Shown here piece by piece: positions 61,106 through 64,000 of a stretch of 64,000 nucleotides of DNA. The translations under genes were made by a program, and so were the position numbers. Source of the DNA: an uncultured Actinomycetota bacterium. GTDB taxonomy: Bacteria > Actinomycetota > Actinomycetes > Mycobacteriales > Micromonosporaceae. The notes under the pieces were generated by a model. That model saw nothing but the letters and a program-made list of their open reading frames with translations, ran no database searches and was not told where the DNA came from. Numbering within the stretch: the first letter of the stretch is position 1; the number at the start of each line of letters is the position of its first letter. The stretch covers positions 1,419,412 to 1,483,411 of the forward strand of contig CAWHRE010000010.1 in the NCBI GenBank assembly GCA_963831705.1. Reading direction: 5' to 3'.

Positions 61106-62641
61106 ATGTCCACAATGGTCGACTCTGATACCCGCGACCTCGCCGGCCTCGGGTACGCGCAACAGCTCCACCGTCGTCTCGGCCCGTACGCGTCGTTCGC
61201 GGCCGGCTTCTCGTTCGTCTCGATCCTGACCACCATCTTCCAGCTGTTCGGCCTGGGCTTCTCGTTCGGCGGCCCGGCGTTCTTCTGGACCTGGCCGCTC
61301 GTCTTCGTCGGCCAGATGATGGTCGCTCTCAACTTCGCCGAGTTGGCGAGCCGGTTCCCGATCTCCGGCGTGATCTACCAATGGTCACGGCGACTCGCCG
61401 GCGGCGTGACCGGCTGGTTCGCCGGATGGTTCATGCTGATCGGCCAGATCGTTTCGGTGTCCGCCGCGGCGATCGCGCTGCAGGTCGTACTGCCGTCGGT
61501 GTGGTCCGGATTCCAGATCGTGCACGGTGACCCGTCGCTGTTCGCGAAGTCCGGCGCCACAAACGCGGTCGTGCTCGGCGCGATCCTGATCACCATCACG
61601 ACGATCATCAACTCGATCGGCGTCAAGGTGATGTCGCTGATCAACAGCATTGGCGTCACCGCCGAGCTGGTCGGTGTCGCGCTGCTGATCGTGCTGCTGT
61701 TCTCGCACGCGAAGCGCGGTCCCGGCGTGGTGCTGCACACGTACGGCCCGCACGGCACCGCGTACATCGGGCCGTTCCTGGTGTCCGCACTGATGGCGGC
61801 ATACGTCATGTACGGCTTCGACTCGGCCGGCGAGCTGTCCGAGGAGACGCTGGCACCCCGCCGGACCGCTCCGAAGGCAATCCTCCGAGCCCTGATCGTG
61901 TCCGGCATCGGTGGCGCGTTCGTACTGGTCGCGGCGCTGATGGCGGCCCCGAGCGTCACCGACGGCAACCTCGGCACGCAGGGTCTGCCGTACGTGCTGA
62001 CCAGCCGCTTGGGTTCCGGCGTCGGCAAGGCGCTGCTGATCGATGTCGCGGTCGCGATCACGGTCTGCACGCTCGCGATCCAGGTCGCCGCGATTCGGAT
62101 GACGTTCTCGATGTCGCGCGACGGCGTCCTGCCGTTCTCCGCGCAACTGTCGAAGGTCAACAAGCGAACCGGTACGCCACTGCTTCCCTCGGTCCTGATC
62201 GGCGTGCTCGCGGTCGCGATCCTCGTGATCAACGTCGGCCAGGCCCAACTGTTCACCGCGTTGACAAGCGTCGCGGTCGTCATCGTCTACTTGGCATATC
62301 TAGCCGTTACGCTGCCGCTTCTGGTCCGGCGACTGCGCGGCGACGTACCCGGTGAGACGACCGGCTTCTCGCTCGGCAAGTGGGGTATCCCGATCAACCT
62401 GCTCGCCGTCGTGTACGGCGCCGGCATGATCATCAACATGGCGTGGCCACGCGCCGAGGTGTACGACCCGGCCGGCGGTCACTGGTACCTCCAGTACTTC
62501 GCGCCTGTCTGCGTTGGCGGCATTCTGATCCTGGGATTGATCGCGTACGGAATCCGCGCCCGCCAGATCGCGCCGCAACCGAGCTCGATCGATGTCGGCA
62601 CCGAACTGGATGGGATCGACGCGGCCGGAGCGCTCGCGTGA
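61106..62641 (+). CDS. APC superfamily amino acid/polyamine-type permease
   Basis: 511 aa with 12 or more TM helices. The N-terminal LGPYASFAAGFSFVSILTTIFQLFG...GPAFFWTWPLVFVGQ is typical of the APC family. It is the first gene after the riboswitch. Confidence 0.85.
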   Translation: MSTMVDSDTRDLAGLGYAQQLHRRLGPYASFAAGFSFVSILTTIFQLFGLGFSFGGPAFFWTWPLVFVGQMMVALNFAELASRFPISGVIYQWSRRLAGGVTGWFAGWFMLIGQIVSVSAAAIALQVVLPSVWSGFQIVHGDPSLFAKSGATNAVVLGAILITITTIINSIGVKVMSLINSIGVTAELVGVALLIVLLFSHAKRGPGVVLHTYGPHGTAYIGPFLVSALMAAYVMYGFDSAGELSEETLAPRRTAPKAILRALIVSGIGGAFVLVAALMAAPSVTDGNLGTQGLPYVLTSRLGSGVGKALLIDVAVAITVCTLAIQVAAIRMTFSMSRDGVLPFSAQLSKVNKRTGTPLLPSVLIGVLAVAILVINVGQAQLFTALTSVAVVIVYLAYLAVTLPLLVRRLRGDVPGETTGFSLGKWGIPINLLAVVYGAGMIINMAWPRAEVYDPAGGHWYLQYFAPVCVGGILILGLIAYGIRARQIAPQPSSIDVGTELDGIDAAGALA

Positions 62642-62643
62642 GC

Positions 62644-63321
62644 ATGACGTACCACGAGATCCCCGGCGGCGCGGCGTGGTCAAGCGCTGCCCGCCGGGGG
62701 GACCGGATCACTCTGACCGCGCTCGACGATGATGCGAACGTCACGATGCTCCTGTTCAACGCACACGACACCGGCGAGCGCCTGAACGTGCCGGACACAC
62801 TCAAGGCGCAGATGTCGGCCCGGATCGTGCCACCGATGGTGCTGATGTCGCATCGTGGTCGCGCACTCGCGTCGGTGGTCGCGTCCACGGTGGACTGGCA
62901 CGACGCAATCACCGGATACAGCCACCCGAAGCACATCGAACCGTTCGGTCCGACGAGCTACCAGACCGATCGCAACGATTGGCGCCGGGACGGATACGCC
63001 CTTCTCCTGGGCGAACTCTGGGCCCGTGGCCTCGACGAGCGCGATCTGCACGCGCCGGTCAACTGGTTCACGAAGGTCACGCCATCCTCGGAGCTTGCCT
63101 GGGTCCGCGGACACAGTCGCGCCGGTGACTCGGTCACGCTCAGAGCCGATCAAGATCTTTTGATGGTATGCGCAACCGCGTCGCATCCGCTCAACCCAAC
63201 CTGGTCACCGGCCGGATGTGCCATCTCGATCGACGCGTACGACTGGCCGACCGACGATCCGTCCCGCGCGTTTCGCGCCGAATCCGCTCGGGCGCTCGAC
63301 GCGATCGGACGGCTCGGATGA
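62644..63321 (+). CDS. urea carboxylase-associated family protein (DUF1989)
   Basis: [40 protein letters not shown]...[10 protein letters not shown] is the DUF1989 pattern. The ATG lies 2 nt after the permease stop. Confidence 0.8.
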   Translation: MTYHEIPGGAAWSSAARRGDRITLTALDDDANVTMLLFNAHDTGERLNVPDTLKAQMSARIVPPMVLMSHRGRALASVVASTVDWHDAITGYSHPKHIEPFGPTSYQTDRNDWRRDGYALLLGELWARGLDERDLHAPVNWFTKVTPSSELAWVRGHSRAGDSVTLRADQDLLMVCATASHPLNPTWSPAGCAISIDAYDWPTDDPSRAFRAESARALDAIGRLG

Positions 63322-63932
63322 CGCTCATCGGTACGCTCTTCGATCACGAAATCGCGGCCGGTGACGGCTGGATCGGCGACCTCCCGGCGGGTGCGCTACT
63401 CCGGATCGTCGACCTGCACGGTAATCAGGCCGTCGACACGCTGCTCTACGACGCGGCCGACCTGACGAACCGATATAGCGCGATGGACACGATCCGCGAG
63501 CAGGGCTCGGTATATCTGACCACCGGCTCGGTGCTGATGTCGTCGGCGCTCGATCCGCTGGCCACGATCGTCGACGACACCTGCGGTCGCCACGACACCC
63601 TCGGCGGCGCCTGCGCGCAGGCCAGCAACGTGGTGCGCTACGGCGAACACACGCGCCATCAACACGCCTGCCGTCAGACCTTTCTCCGGTATGCGCGTAC
63701 GCGCGGGCTCTCCGATCGGGACCTGAGCCACAACATCAACTTCTTCATGAACGTGCCGGTGACCGCCGAAGGTGGACTGTCCTTCGAGGACGGTGTATCG
63801 GCACCCGGCAAGCACGTCGAACTTCGCGCGGAACGGGACATCACGATTTTGATCAGCAACTGCCCGCAGCTCAACAACCCCTGCAACGGGTACGACCCAA
63901 CGCCGATCCGGATCATCGGGAGACTCTCGTGA
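63318..63932 (+). CDS. urea carboxylase-associated family protein (DUF1989, second paralogue)
   Basis: [36 protein letters not shown]...[19 protein letters not shown] matches the family. ATGA overlap with the upstream gene. Confidence 0.8.
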   Translation: MTLIGTLFDHEIAAGDGWIGDLPAGALLRIVDLHGNQAVDTLLYDAADLTNRYSAMDTIREQGSVYLTTGSVLMSSALDPLATIVDDTCGRHDTLGGACAQASNVVRYGEHTRHQHACRQTFLRYARTRGLSDRDLSHNINFFMNVPVTAEGGLSFEDGVSAPGKHVELRAERDITILISNCPQLNNPCNGYDPTPIRIIGRLS

Positions 63933-64000
63933 CAGCATTTGCCGAGGTCGTGACGCCGGGCGTACAGACGACGGTGCAGGATCTGCCCGGCCGTACCGGC
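63929..64000 (+). CDS. 5' end of a biotin-dependent carboxyltransferase (allophanate hydrolase subunit 2 / PxpC-like domain), truncated by the window edge
   Basis: GTGA overlap with the upstream stop. [24 protein letters not shown] resembles the conserved N-terminus (..PG..TTVQDLGR.G) of this family. Only 24 codons are visible. Confidence 0.45.
   Translation, partial: MTAFAEVVTPGVQTTVQDLPGRTG

Overview
This is a high-GC actinobacterial chromosomal segment that is almost fully coding. The left end holds the nhaA tail, a frame-broken alpha/beta hydrolase and an incomplete ESX/type VII secretion module: an eccE-like gene, eccB, a WXG100 pair, a tandem SseB-like protein and two small unknown genes. 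Next come a holin-like membrane protein, rarD, an ECF sigma/ZAS anti-sigma pair and an IclR regulator. A long minus-strand respiratory block follows: polyprenyl diphosphate synthase, complete nuoA-N, a geranylgeranyl (menaquinone-type) reductase, menG and mqnC. The block continues through an aldo/keto reductase, sigK-rskA, paaABCDE, mqnA, the cytochrome c maturation genes ccsB-resB-ccdA-resA, a histidine phosphatase and hemL. The right end holds a tandem YbjQ protein, oligopeptidase B, a Fic protein, glcDEF, a threonine dehydratase-like enzyme, DUF4352 and PH-domain membrane proteins, valS, a decayed S8/S53 peptidase and a lipoprotein. It ends with a guanidine-I (ykkC) riboswitch plus terminator in front of a permease and urea/guanidine-carboxylase accessory genes. 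Three non-genic signals stand out: (1) two related families of GATC-rich palindromic intergenic repeats, (2) nested inverted repeats over the fic ribosome-binding site, and (3) about 19 clustered, almost exclusively +1 frame breaks inside otherwise conserved genes, which are most likely insertion-type consensus errors. I recognised no rRNA, tRNA, CRISPR array, IS element or prophage. Internal start coordinates were derived from the ORF track plus residue counting.
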